Positions 11,051-23,576 of a stretch of DNA of 64,000 nucleotides are shown here, piece by piece. Below the pieces are notes generated by a model. It saw only the letters and a program-made list of their open reading frames with translations, did not search any database and was not told the DNA's origin. Position 1 is the first letter of the stretch; every line of letters starts with the position of its first letter. The DNA is from Minutocellus sp. GHC0000111 (Eukaryota). Location: contig OZ361256.1 of assembly GCA_977018835.1 (NCBI GenBank), forward strand, positions 7,440,001 through 7,504,000, written 5' to 3'. The translations under genes were made by a program, and so were the position numbers.

Positions 11051-11564
11051 ACTACCTTCTAAAACCACTACATGATGTAGATCTACACATGTTAAAAACA
11101 CACCCGTTACTTAGACTTTAGTAACAACATGCTTCTGCTCGCATTCAACTCATCGGGGCACCCGGGCCATCTGCTGTAGCGCGCAACTACAACATCCACA
11201 CACGAATCTGACTACGTGCCGGAACAAAGGAAATCTAGCAAACTATCTCTATGCGCGCAAATGGGTGCCCCCTCCCTGAGCTTGCGTTAGCCACTAGAAC
11301 ATCACAGCATCAGCACTAAACACGCATTGAACGCGTGCTCAGGCTTTTTATACAAGTGCCAATTAGCACCGATGCCATGCACTCGCAAGCGTCATTGGTG
11401 CTCGTTTGTCGTTTACCAGTTTCCGGGTCATTAGAACATCGTTTTGTATGTATGTGACGCGACCACAAACCGCCTCATTATTCTTCCGTTAGCGTTGGCC
11501 CCCCACTCACCACCATGACCACTGGTCTGGCTTCCCTTGCTTGCTGTCCATTCCTTTATTAGCC

Positions 11565-14500
11565 ATGCCAACAAGATTTGATGTTCTCAAGAGCGCGCAG
11601 GCAGCAGGAGGGGACGAAAGTAGCAGCAGCGACGATGACGACCAGCCAAATGCAAAGCACCCCACAGGCAACTTTGAGGATCTGTCATCGTACCGTGCCG
11701 ACGAGGAGACCGTGTTGGCTGCCGTCTACGGAGATGACTTCTCCTCCGAAGAAGGTGTATGGGGGTGCGCCCGTCTCAATGTTAGGGTTAGGCCTCCGGA
11801 TATTGCTCGGGAACAAGTGGGCAGCGAATTCACACTCTCTGCGCAGTTGGGTAAGAAGTATCCATATGTCGCGCCGAAACTCGAGCTTCGTAACGTCAAG
11901 GGCTTGACGCGCCAGGAGCAGCAGGATTTAGTGGCACTCTTGAATGCACGGGCCCATGAGTGTGCCGCCACGGGAAATGTGATGATGTGCGAGATAATCC
12001 AGGACGCAGAAGACTATCTGCTCGAACACAACAAAGACCCAGCCAAGGCCAACATGAGCGCCTGGGAGCAGATGAAGGAGAGGGAGGCAGCCCAGGAGGA
12101 GGCCGAACGAAAGCAGCAGGAGGAGCAGGAGGCATATCGCAAACAATTTCTTGATGATAGTAGCAATCATCAGCGAGGAAAATATGAAATGTCATCGGTA
12201 GATAAGAGTGGTGGGGCCGAGATGACTGCTGCAGCTGCCATGGAGGCTGCGAGAGAGCTGCAGAAGCAGATGGAGACATTGGATGCCGCCTTTGCCGATA
12301 GAAAAAGAATGCGAAAGCTCCACAGTGACTTTATAGATGAGGCAGATGAAGATCAGTCCAACGCAGAAACGAATCATGACGATGATTTCATGGACTTTGA
12401 TGAAGACAGCGATGCCGATGCAGATGACGCAGAGCAACGAGCTTTAATGGCCTCCACAGCTTCGTCGAGATATAAATCAGACTTTATCGAGCTTGGATTA
12501 CTGGGCCGCGGTGGCGGAGGGGAGGTGGTCAAGGCAAGAAATTTTTTAGATCGGCGCATTTATGCCATTAAAAAGATACCGCTGGAATCGGAGACTGGAA
12601 GATATGCCGAGATTGCACGCGTCCACAACAGAAAGCTTCGAAGGGAAGTGACGACCATTTCTCGCATGACTCATAACAATATCGTGCGGTATTATCAGGT
12701 AAGTACAGCGCCAAGCGATGAGATGCAGCCAAGATATCACATGATGATGTTTTTTCACTATTTTGAACTGATTCGTTGTTTCATTTTAACCTCCACGTTT
12801 GTATTTCTTGTAGGCATGGGTCGAAGGAGAGGCTGCTGCTTCCTCAGAAAAGGTTGGCGGTATTAGTGAGGAAATCATCGAGGAAGATAATAGCAATGAT
12901 CAATCGGAATCTGACTCGGGTGATTCGAGTGGTGGCTTCTGGAAGAATTCACCTGCACTAGGACCATTGCAAAGTGATGAGAATTATGGTTCGTTCGAGA
13001 GTAGTAGTGGCATTGACCTTGGAAACCCACTTCAAGGCGGAACAAGTAATTCGTTGGCGGATGCATTGCATAGTCAGTCAACCAGCGCTTTGCTCGAGCA
13101 TGAGTTTGAGGAATTCCAGAATCCGTTATTTGTAGGGGGCACTCTTGAAAACAAAGCATACAACGATTTGGTCACAGCTGCGCCAACAAAAATTAAATCC
13201 TCTGCCACACCGTCGAACGATCTCGGCAGCGGTCTATCGGGTTTGTTAGAAGATGATACGTCGGTCAAAGTGGACGAAAATGCTCAGACACTTTTCATAC
13301 AAATGGAATACTGCTCCAACACCCTTCGCCATTTGATTGATAGCGGAGATGTGAAAGAAATGAAACCAGTCGAAATTTGGAGGATGGCGCGACAGGTAAG
13401 CCTCTGCGATGAGCAATTGCCAGCCCGTCATATTGATCACATTATTCATTTTGTACTGTTCTAAAACATTTTGTTGTTTGTTTTCTATCGCAATTGAATT
13501 TCTCCCGTCATGCGGCAATATTAATAAAGACTATTGAAGCACTGGAATATATTCACGGGAAGCAAATCATTCATCGGGATTTGGTGAGTTCTGATGCTTC
13601 TACATTCGTGTACCGGTAGTCTACGTCTTTTTTTGGTTCGTTGGAATTAATAATTTGAAGACTAGAGATATTCCTAGCTCCTCTCGCTTCTAACCACACC
13701 CATCTTGTTGCACATGTGTGTACCTATCTTTCAATTTATTTACTAACAAGAAACCGGGAAACATATTCTTGGACTCGGAATCAAATGTGAGATTAGGAGA
13801 TTTCGGGCTGGCCACTTTGCATAGCAGTAAGAGAGCAGAAGATGAAAGCACCAAGGAGCTCGACGAGGACATGGGAACTGAAGCTCAAATGATTCACGAT
13901 GCAGTTGAGGATATATCGGGACTTATTGGCGGTTCATCTTCTCGTCGCAAGCGTTCACAGATGTCACGTTCCTCTAGTCTGGAATCGCTAACGGGTGGTG
14001 TAGGTACAACCTTCTACAGAGCCCCGGAGCAGGAGGGGCGTCGACATGGAAAAGGGAGATCTGGGCGAGACGACACCACCTACGATATGAAAGCTGATAT
14101 ATTTTCATTTGGCATCGTTTTGTTCGAGATATTTTCGAATCCGTTTTCGACCTACATGGAAAGAGCCGAAACACTGCTGCGTTTAAGGGGAGAAATTCCA
14201 GCAGATCCTTCACTTTCAGCGTCCAAGCAGCAGAATGGAACAAAGAAAGATTGGAGGGCAAAGGCCAAAGAACGATTCCCTGAAAATTTCGTGTCTACGG
14301 TACCAGAAGCAGCGCAGCAAATAATCCTGTGGTGCACCGAGTCAAGACCTGAGGACAGACCGTCTGCAGAGGAGTTGCTCAAAAGTGATGTGTTGCCCAA
14401 AAGGCTTGAACTGGAGAGTCGATACTTACAGGATGCGTTGCAAATCCTGAGTAACCCGCAAAATGAGTCGAATCGAACGATATTATCATATCTTTTTGAC

Positions 14501-17308
14501 AGACCCACACCAGCGATCCGGGACACCATCTTTGACACAGATGTTTCTCTCAAGTCAAGAGCCACTTCTCATCTTGAGCTTCTCGCTGCGGCTCTCCGTA
14601 GCCTGGGGATCTATTCTCAACGTGACATTGATTCCCTACGATCTACTGCGTTGGGTTCGGCCTCGTGTTCTCAGCTTGCTGCAATCTTGGCGCTGAAAAG
14701 AATGCGGCAAGCCACAAAGAGGGCTACTGGAGGGTCGGAGCTCTTGCGTGGCGCCCCTCAGCGGACAGCAATCAACATTGCAGCCCTCTCGGCGTCTTCT
14801 GCTGCAGTTACTGGCTCGGCGGATGGCCTCTTGGGAACAGATCCAACCCTCGTCGAACGAATATGTGAAATTTGCGCAGACATTTTCAAGCAACATGGAG
14901 CAACCCGCCTTGACGCTCCTCTTTTAAGGCCAAGGACTTCTCGAAGCCGAGCAGTCAATGAAACTGACAATACTGCGAGCCCTGGAGGCCCGGCAGAATT
15001 CTTGAATGCAGATGGTATTGTCTTGCTCTTGCCAGAAGACTCAACGAGTAATTTCGCACGTGCGATTGCACGCGGAGGTTGCAGCTCCCTGAAGCGGTAC
15101 AGCATCTCGAAGGTCTTCCACAGATCACTCGCCGGTGGTCATCCTACCGAAAAGCTCGAGGCTTCGTTTGATATTATTCAGGACGATCAAAGTGTAAAGG
15201 CGGAAGTGTTTCAGGCAGAAACGATTTTCCTTCTCTGCCAGATTCTTTCTTCTATTGACACCCCAACGACTTCATACTGGTTCCTTCGTATCAGCCACAC
15301 GGTAAGTGTTTGTGCTCCTTACTTGTAGCTGCTTGCTCTGTCACTAGCCTCGTCAGGTACGCCGGTGATGCACAATGATTCCAATATTGTCTCTTTACTC
15401 ACGCCTGATGCCTCTCTATCGTAGAGATTGACGGACTCAATTCTAGATGTTTGTGGCGTGCCAGCCTCGGAAAGCACTCGGCGAGCTGTCTTGCGCATCC
15501 TTACTGCCTGCACCGCCCCATCTCCGACATCATGGAGAAATGCAAAGTCGTCCAACGGTGTCGACTTCAAGAATTATCTAGAGATTGCCAAGGAGAGACA
15601 CGGGCTACCGAAAGCTTCTGCAGATCGCCTTCTCATTGTGTTTTCGAAGGAGTGCCTGCCTCTGCCGTCTGCAGATGCTGACAAGGCGTGCGAATTCCTT
15701 CATGATGGCATTGAGCGTTTGAGGCATGCAGACACACAAAGCAAGGCTCTTACAAGAGGAAAGCTCAAGAGATTTGAAGATGCGCATCGTTCGCTGAAAA
15801 GCATTCGGCTTTGTTTATCCCTGATGAAGGCGCTCGGCATCCAAACGTCGGGCACAAAACAAGAGAAGAATCATCGACTTTCGTCACCAAGTTTCGTGTC
15901 GTTTGACCTCGGCTTTCGTCAAAAGCGGAGGCATTATCACGGTCAACTTCTCTTCCAGGCTATAGCCGTCTCCAGCGACTATACGAAGAAAGTCAGCAGC
16001 AAACATGAAAACCTTGACGTATTTTTGGGAGGTGGTGGTGCAACGAGACTGGCCGAGGGTGGTCGGTATGATGACTTTGTGCGAAAGAATCGACCACCGG
16101 GTGGAACCTTCGGTTCGTCCATCCCTATTTGTATAGGATTACGACTTTTCATTGGCTCATTGGTTGAACAAGCCTATCAACGGGCTGCAGAAATTTCGCA
16201 GGACGCCCATTCCAGCACTAACAGACGAGGTTCAAGCATGAGCACGCAAATCGAGTCAATTCGATTAGATCTCGGCCATCCTTTGCCACCTCACCATCCG
16301 ATCAAGTGCATTGTCTCTGGTACAAATGGACTAGATTCTGCATCGCTCGGCGAACGAGCACGGTTGGCAGCACTTTTATGGCGGGATGAGATTGCTTCGG
16401 AGTATGCTATTAATGCAAGTGCCCTGACGAGTCCTCTTCTTCACAGGAGTGTCGCAGGGGATGGTGGAGCAGCAAACACTCTCTCACTTGAAGAATTGAC
16501 TGGAGTATCATCTATACTCCGAATTCCATTCATCGTTGTTGCACAGCCCCATTTGCTGCGGGAAAAGGGATCGGTTCGACTGAGACACATTGTTGGGGAG
16601 GGATTTGAAGAAGACTTTGTACCTCTCGAAGAGCTTGCCTCAAAGATGAAAGAACAGCTGGCCCATCAAGAAGTAACGGCAGGTGCTGCGAGAGGCGCCA
16701 ACAACACAGAGAGCGTCAGGATGGCTGGACGCCAATCATCATCGACCGGCGACGACAACAAGGCTTCAACTTCTGCGGCAGTCCAGTGCATTTATTGCGA
16801 CGAGACAGAATATCACATCCAACATGACCTTGAAAAAAGAAAAGGATCTTCGTCTGACAAGGCAACGGCAAAGGCAGCAAAGAAGGAGCTTAGTCGAGCG
16901 ATGCAAAAGGCGGAGGCCTACATCCATTGTATTTCGACGTCCTCCTCGCTAGGTCAAGGCACTCCAGTCATTGCATCAGCTTTACCGTACCTTGTTTTGA
17001 GAGACTTGGGAACGGCCTTGGTCACTAGCGCAACCACTTCTGACGCGATTACAGGAGTTGCCGCGAGAAACCCAAATTACAAAAGACTTCTCAAAACTGT
17101 TGGCATGTCGATCGATCATGCGATGAGCGAATCGATGCCGAGCCATAAACGAATGGAGCTGCTCTTCTACTCAATACCTGACGATAGATTTGATTTGATC
17201 CAAATCGGCGACAAATTAAAGCCTCTACTTTCGGCACCGGGATCGCCTGATCATCGACGACATCGCTCATCATCCTTTGATGTGAGTAAAGGGAGTAAGC
17301 GCCGCTAG
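11565..17308 (+). CDS. GCN2: eIF2-alpha kinase GCN2 (RWD, kinase, HisRS-like); introns 12699-12813, 13396-13529, 13584-13750, 15302-15424
   Basis: RWD YPYVAP; SRYKSDF..LGRGGGGEV; YAIKKI; VRYYQ|AW; LFIQMEYC; IIHRDL|KPGN; GDFGLA; GVGTTFYRAPE; HisRS-like AEGGRYD. All four GT-AG splices keep the frame. Confidence 0.95.
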
Positions 17309-17452
17309 CTACGTACGTAGTTAGTTAGTCGTAGCTCAAGTTGGGCAATATTGCTATTGGTACTTCAAGCTCAAGTGTGTAATGCACAATATTAGCATCC
17401 TACAAATTAATTGCTTAATAGAAGAAGAAATAATACAGATTTCTAGTTCATC

Positions 17453-20400
17453 TCAAATCTCAAGGCCAATGTTGCCCCCGCCTGTTCCTCCGCTGGAATA
17501 GCTGGATGGTCCGAACCAGTGTCCTCTACCCCCAGGAGACGAGTTTACGCGACTAGACATACCAAGAGAAGAGTGCCGGCGATGATCGATGCCAACAGAT
17601 AAATCAACATGCACGGTTGAATTTCCTTGCACACTTCCGATAATTTCATTTGCGATTTCAACTGTCTGCGCGCCGACCGCGTTGGGGTTGAACGCCAACT
17701 TGGCATAGTCGGCAAGCGCCATGGCGATGTAAGTGAAGCTTGGTCTCTGAGACTGATCCTCGTGCCAGCATGCTTCGATGATGTGACGCAAAGGTTCTGG
17801 TACCGTGGTTGGGATTTCCGGGCGGTGCCCCTCTGCTACGGCGTAAGCAGTCTGTATCGGAGTCATTGTAGCAAAAGGCACTTCTCTTGTGATCAACTGC
17901 CAAAGGACCACACCGAATGAATAGACATCGGCATTAGATGAGTACGGCTCATGACGAATCACTTCTGGAGACATCCATCGGTATGTACCCGTCTCTGCAG
18001 TAAGCTCCTGCCCCGTCATGGTGACCGACATTCCAAAGTCAGAAATCTTTGCCCTATTCCTCTTTGTGAGGATCACATTCGAAGGTTTGAGGTCGCGATG
18101 AAGGATGGCACGTGAATGCAAATACGCCATCCCGTTTGCGATGTCCAAGGCAATCGGTAGATATTCGTAGTAGCGAGAGGTATCCGACAGCAGCGACAAC
18201 AACGAGCCGCCTTCACAGTACTCATATGCAAGACAGAAACAGTCTGGATCTGACGCAACCCCCATCAATTTGCAGATGTTCTTATGTTCAAGCTGTGCAG
18301 CAATATCTGCTTCGCGGTGAAGTTCTTCAATGCAAGATGCATCACCTGTATTGGGATCAGTAGTAGCAACTTTGAGTGCAACAATGGCTGGAGAGTCGGA
18401 TCGATGAGGCATTTGCCATGCAGCTCGGTAGATGGTAGAAACCCTTCCTGTGCCGAGAGTTTCAATCAGCATCAGTTCATTCAAAGGGATAAGGGGGACG
18501 GTCCTATCTCGTCCTCGACGGGCTTGTTGGGACTCCAACGCCACCGCGATTCCAGACGGAGGAATAGGCCCATTAGAGACGTCATCCTCTGGCAAGGCGG
18601 CAGTCCCATGTTCCGGGCTATTGGTGAATTCTGCTGCCTCGCGATTTACCAGCATTTGGCGATGTCGATAAGCTCCCCCGGCATCACTGTGTGATCGACG
18701 ACGCGCATTGGCAGCAGGCTGTAGAGGTGTCGCCGGCGGTGTCGGTGGTGATCGGCTGCTGGAATCCTCTCCCGTAGATTGACCGCTGGTCTTTGGAGAA
18801 TCCGAAGATTGGCTGGAGGTCGGGCGATGCGGCAGCGGCTCCGATGACTGTGATATTTCCGGTCGCCCAGCAGGACTACTTGTCTGTTGGTTCCTGCTTG
18901 TCCTCCTCCCATGATGAGTACCGACACTTGTTGACGACAACAAACGAGATAGAGGGACGGCCGACTGGATTTCTTCCTGAAGCCTGCGAGGAGTGAAGTC
19001 TTCTTGCGCTCGTGGGTGAAAGTAGACTGGTCCATAAGCCACGGCCGAAATGGAACCAGCTCGAGGTCTGAGCTTGGGTTGTGACGGAAATGATGGTAGA
19101 ATAGGGGCCGACTCGGATGCTTTGGGTGGTCTTGATGTTGTGGCCGCATTCCCCGCCCTTTTCTCATCGTCATCTGCCATTGCACCGGCGGCATTTGCCT
19201 GATCTCTTGCTTCTTGTAAATAGGATTCAACATACTGCTGCAGCTTATCAAGGCGAAGACGTCCTTGCATCTCCACCACGAATCTATCCAGGGCAATGCT
19301 GTCGGAAGTAAGCATTACATCTGCATCAAGCACCCTGGCACCGCCGGTTCCCAACAACCTGGTGATAAACTCAAGCAATCCATCGCTATCGGCACAGCAG
19401 ATAGTCACTAGTCGAAGTGTACTACCAGGACGAATGGTGCCTGCCGCCACATGAGAGTCGCCGTCATCAACATTGGCGATATGCACCGCGGCCTTCGTCG
19501 GATCGGCACGCGCGGCTGTCATTAGTCTCATATGTAAAATCACTTCACTTGGTGAGTCGACCCCCAATGCATATCTGACTGGAAGCTCGGCAAGATAAGA
19601 GCTTACGGCGGAAAGCACCGAGCCACGATCGGGCGAAGTGCTATCCAACAAGCCAGCGAAACCAGCTGATGAGGCAGTAGTGGCATGCGCCGAATGAAGC
19701 AACAACTTGGACTCTGCAATGAACAGGTCAGCGACAATCTCACAGAGGTCATTGATCACGGCCTTGTTGTGTTCCGCTCTCCGACACTTGCGTCTATTGT
19801 TCGTCATCCGCAGCGTGGAGGACGAGTGGGAGCTCTGAGAATGACCAAGCTCATCGCCAATTGGAGAAAGTGGACGCGATGATTGGGTGCTCAACCGTCT
19901 CATCTGATCCTGAACTTGTAGCAATTCCTTCATTGACGCCTCTCTCCTTTGGGAAAGGCGTTCCTGTAGCGTGGCTTCAATCGATTTCTTCTTTTGCAAT
20001 ATGTCCGAGTACGCCGGCGTCGAGGAAGTAATGCCTCCGTGAGACGAAGACATGCCGCGTCTCATTTCATATACCGACTGGCACCTCCGCACGGTATCAT
20101 CGGCGAGGAGAGCCGAATCGGCCGATCGAGAAGTTCCAGTACCTTGGCCGGAAGCAGATGTAGCCCTCGCAGGAATTGAGGTCGTCGTTGGTGGCGTCGG
20201 CATCGGCTGTCTATTCCTCGCAGCAGTAGTCCTGGCAGCACCAGGGGGCAGCAAGAAGCGTCCAGGAGCGGAGCTCCCCAAGACCGGGGGAGGTCGTCGG
20301 GGCAACATCTCTTGAGTAGTGGGAGCGAACGAAACCGAGCTACCACTGCCAACAGACGGTTCCTGAAGCGATGCTGAGTCAGACTCTGGCGAATAAGTAT

Positions 20401-21298
20401 GATGGGACCTTTTTAGGATCGGATCTCCCGGTCGCGGCGTGTGTTGATTTGCACCAAGTCCCAGGGCATATCCTTCATCATCATCAATATCGCCGCTAGA
20501 TCTAGTTGGGGCATTAGCACCCGCAGAATTATCCCCAGCAGCCCCCAGCGTTGGCATACCCAGCTCCTCCTTTGCACCAGCAGTGTTCATATTGTCAGCC
20601 CCAGACTCTGACGTCTGCGACGCCAACAACAGGGCGAGGTTCGACGTCAGCGGTGTGGCAGTACCACTGGCACTGCCCGGGATACTCGTAGTCATCGGTC
20701 GGCTCCGCAGCACTCCCGCACCGCCTGGCGTCGCCTCGTGTGGTGGAGGCAGCTGTGCCGCCGCCTCCATCCTTCGTCTGGTCGGCGATAGCGATGAGGC
20801 GTTCGGTGTGGAAAATCGGAAGAAGCGTTCGGCGGTGTTGTAGCTCTGCGATAGTAGCGATTGGCCGTAGACATCGACCGCGAGGGGACCACCACCACCA
20901 CTCAGAAGCATCTCTGCATCGATATTATTATTTTCTCCACCAGTAGGATCAGATTGCCGTCTCGCGGCAGCCTCAGACGGGAGCACCAATGATCCTGGAT
21001 GTTGCTGCCGCCGCTGGTAGGACAGCGCCATGTCCAAGGCGGGCGATAATGCCCTCGGTGGGTCCTCGAGGTTGTCGTCGTTGACGGACGGCCCGCCCAT
21101 AGTCACGCCATACGAGGCAGGATACTGATTTCGCGAGGAGGAATACGAACTGCTCGCAGCAGCCGCAGCAGGAGGAGGACGGACTCGGTCGGGATGCAGA
21201 TGCATGGCAGAGGCAGCGGCGGCGGCTGAAGCCTCCTCTTCCACGTCCTCGCAATGCGGGTCTGACGTTGTTGGGCGTTCGCTTTGGTTGGACGACAT
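17453..21298 (-). CDS. ACT-domain Raf-like (TKL) protein kinase, STY8/17/46-like
   Basis: LPVRYALGVD..EV.LH and an ACT-like segment (D.DGLL..IT.LL...G.RVLDADV). Kinase motifs HRDLKPSN, DFG, TAETGTYRWMSPEVIRHEPY. Single 1281-aa ORF. Confidence 0.9.
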   Translation of the reverse strand: MSSNQSERPTTSDPHCEDVEEEASAAAAASAMHLHPDRVRPPPAAAAASSSYSSSRNQYPASYGVTMGGPSVNDDNLEDPPRALSPALDMALSYQRRQQHPGSLVLPSEAAARRQSDPTGGENNNIDAEMLLSGGGGPLAVDVYGQSLLSQSYNTAERFFRFSTPNASSLSPTRRRMEAAAQLPPPHEATPGGAGVLRSRPMTTSIPGSASGTATPLTSNLALLLASQTSESGADNMNTAGAKEELGMPTLGAAGDNSAGANAPTRSSGDIDDDEGYALGLGANQHTPRPGDPILKRSHHTYSPESDSASLQEPSVGSGSSVSFAPTTQEMLPRRPPPVLGSSAPGRFLLPPGAARTTAARNRQPMPTPPTTTSIPARATSASGQGTGTSRSADSALLADDTVRRCQSVYEMRRGMSSSHGGITSSTPAYSDILQKKKSIEATLQERLSQRREASMKELLQVQDQMRRLSTQSSRPLSPIGDELGHSQSSHSSSTLRMTNNRRKCRRAEHNKAVINDLCEIVADLFIAESKLLLHSAHATTASSAGFAGLLDSTSPDRGSVLSAVSSYLAELPVRYALGVDSPSEVILHMRLMTAARADPTKAAVHIANVDDGDSHVAAGTIRPGSTLRLVTICCADSDGLLEFITRLLGTGGARVLDADVMLTSDSIALDRFVVEMQGRLRLDKLQQYVESYLQEARDQANAAGAMADDDEKRAGNAATTSRPPKASESAPILPSFPSQPKLRPRAGSISAVAYGPVYFHPRAQEDFTPRRLQEEIQSAVPLSRLLSSTSVGTHHGRRTSRNQQTSSPAGRPEISQSSEPLPHRPTSSQSSDSPKTSGQSTGEDSSSRSPPTPPATPLQPAANARRRSHSDAGGAYRHRQMLVNREAAEFTNSPEHGTAALPEDDVSNGPIPPSGIAVALESQQARRGRDRTVPLIPLNELMLIETLGTGRVSTIYRAAWQMPHRSDSPAIVALKVATTDPNTGDASCIEELHREADIAAQLEHKNICKLMGVASDPDCFCLAYEYCEGGSLLSLLSDTSRYYEYLPIALDIANGMAYLHSRAILHRDLKPSNVILTKRNRAKISDFGMSVTMTGQELTAETGTYRWMSPEVIRHEPYSSNADVYSFGVVLWQLITREVPFATMTPIQTAYAVAEGHRPEIPTTVPEPLRHIIEACWHEDQSQRPSFTYIAMALADYAKLAFNPNAVGAQTVEIANEIIGSVQGNSTVHVDLSVGIDHRRHSSLGMSSRVNSSPGGRGHWFGPSSYSSGGTGGGNIGLEI

Positions 21299-22346
21299 GA
21301 GATGCGGTTGCTTTTTCGATTATTTCCAGCTCACTCGAAAATTGAGTGCATCACATAAAGAGCTCAAATGAAGATGGAAATAAGGCGGATGGACTGGTCT
21401 ATTGCTCTCCTCTCTCACTAAATATTGACCTGTGCCGTCGCGTTCTGATGCGTCTTCAAGTTGATTGGTTGGGCGTCAAATCACGTGCGGTCGGAAAGTC
21501 GGTCAGTGCCATGTCTCGACGCGCGAGACTGCGAGACTGCGAGGCGGCGTTCTGGCTGTCTGACCGGACATCCTTGCTGCTGGAGATCGACTGAAACCCT
21601 TATTCATAGAATTGCAAAATAAATTGAAAATGTTGACCGATCGATTGCACTTCTACACATTTACAATGCTACATTCACCACGCTCAATCATCATATCCCA
21701 GCACAACTCGAGGCTGGAGCCGCCCATAGTCACGCCATACGAGGCAGGATACTGATTTCGCGAGGAGGAATACGAACTGCTCGCAGCAGCCGCAGCAGGA
21801 GGAGGACGGACTCGGTCGGGATGCAGATGCATGGCAGAGGCAGCGGCGGCGGCTGAAGCCTCCTCTTCCACGTCCTCGCAATGCGGGTCTGACGTTGTTG
21901 GGCGTTCGCTTTGGTTGGACGACATGAGATGCGGTTGCTTTTTCGATTATTTCCAGCTCACTCGAAAATTGAGTGCATCACATAAAGAGCTCAAATGAAG
22001 ATGGAAATAAGGCGGATGGACTGGTCTATTGCTCTCCTCTCTCACTAAATATTGACCTGTGCCGTCGCGTTCTGATGCGTCTTCAAGTTGATTGGTTGGG
22101 CGTCAAATCACGTGCGGTCGGAAAGTCGGTCAGTGCCATGTCTCGACGCGCGAGACTGCGAGACTGCGAGGCGGCGTTCTGGCTGTCTGACCGGACATCC
22201 TTGCTGCTGGAGATCGACTGAAACCCTTATTCATAGAATTGCAAAATAAATTGAAAATGTTGACCGATCGATTGCACTTCTACACATTTACAATGCTACA
22301 TTCACCACGCTCAATCATCATATCCCAGCACAACTCGAGGCTGGAG
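21093..22346. repeat. Exact 627-bp tandem duplication (21093-21719 / 21720-22346)
   Basis: Sequences are identical at offset 627, and the duplicated 82-aa ORFs at 21346 and 21973 are identical. The flanking bases mismatch. Confidence 0.97.
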
Positions 22347-23576
22347 AAAATCTACAAATTCCAGCTCTTCATCGGCGACACGAAGTCGAAATTTCTGGAG
22401 GGGATCTCTATCAGCCTCGCCACTGTGCTGGAAAGGATAGGGTTTACTGAGTTCCACCTCGAAGCCTTTGCCGACAAAATCGAGACACTTCATATTGTAG
22501 TGACGATACGTCCCCCGGAAGATCCAAGGTATATTTAGGAATCCGACCAAGGGGTTTATCCTCCCAATGAGGAGATGCATCCCATGTGGCTGAACGCGAG
22601 AGAAGGGAAATAATTTCAAGCCTCCTCCATAATACGGCGTGGTTCCACATGCAACTATGCCGGTGTTGCCCTCGAAAAGAATCTGCCGATCATCGCCAAT
22701 GTCCTCTGGAAAGAATTTCTTGTTTGATTGATACTTGTTGGGTCTAACTTTGATGGCTGTATCGCCTCGCCTTGGATCCATCCAGTATGTACTCGTTGCA
22801 CGGCTTGCATTCGCGGAAGCCGAGGCTTTGGGGATTGTGATTCGGCAGATTAGATGATGCTTGCCCCAGATTAAGCACGAGGGCAACGTTCGAGATGAGA
22901 GAATCAAAACCAGACCCAGCAAAGAAGCAGAGCTCGCTATTGGGGACTATCGAATTTGCAGATTCAGGTCTTGTAACTTCTACCATGGGGCACTTTAGCA
23001 ATGGCATGATTGTATCTGGATTCTTTTCACACTCATCGACAATCTCCTTGAGCCTTGTAAGTGTCTTTTGCATTTTGATTATTTGGTTCGCCCCCGAAAC
23101 CTCGGCCCAACAAGCATGGACATTCCATTGCCCGTTCCCAGAGGAAGATAGGCAAACTTTGGTAGTTTCGTCGTATTGTGGACCTTATCCTCCTTTCGGG
23201 CATCCACAAGTGAATTGATAACTGTACAGAGTGTGCCATCACCTCCACCGGGTACAATGAATTCATAACCCCGCGCTACAATCGTCTTGATGGCCTCGTG
23301 ATTTGCCTCCTCTGTTGCGGTTGCAAATACATTCTCCTCTCCCAATATCTCTTGCGCAGCTTTCACATATTTATAATTTACTGCCCGTGCATTGAGGTTT
23401 AGGATGCAGGCAATCTTCTTGCCTTGTGGATTATTATTGGCGGACGGTGCTTGGCTGCTGAAGGCCAGCGTTGCTGATGGGAAAACGGCGCATAAAAGCG
23501 AAGCAGATGTTATGATTGAACAACTTCGGCCGCGTGCCGAGGAGATGGCACGTGCAGTATTGGTTTGCCGTTCCAT
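22311..23576 (-). pseudogene. Diacylglycerol/lipid kinase (YegS/DAGK family), plastid-type presequence, two frame breaks
   Basis: PGGGDGT, LPLGTGN, FAGSGFDS, TTPYYGGG and FQHSGE are spread over three ORFs. One-base shift at about 23088; apparent larger deletion with shift at about 22895. Confidence 0.75.
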
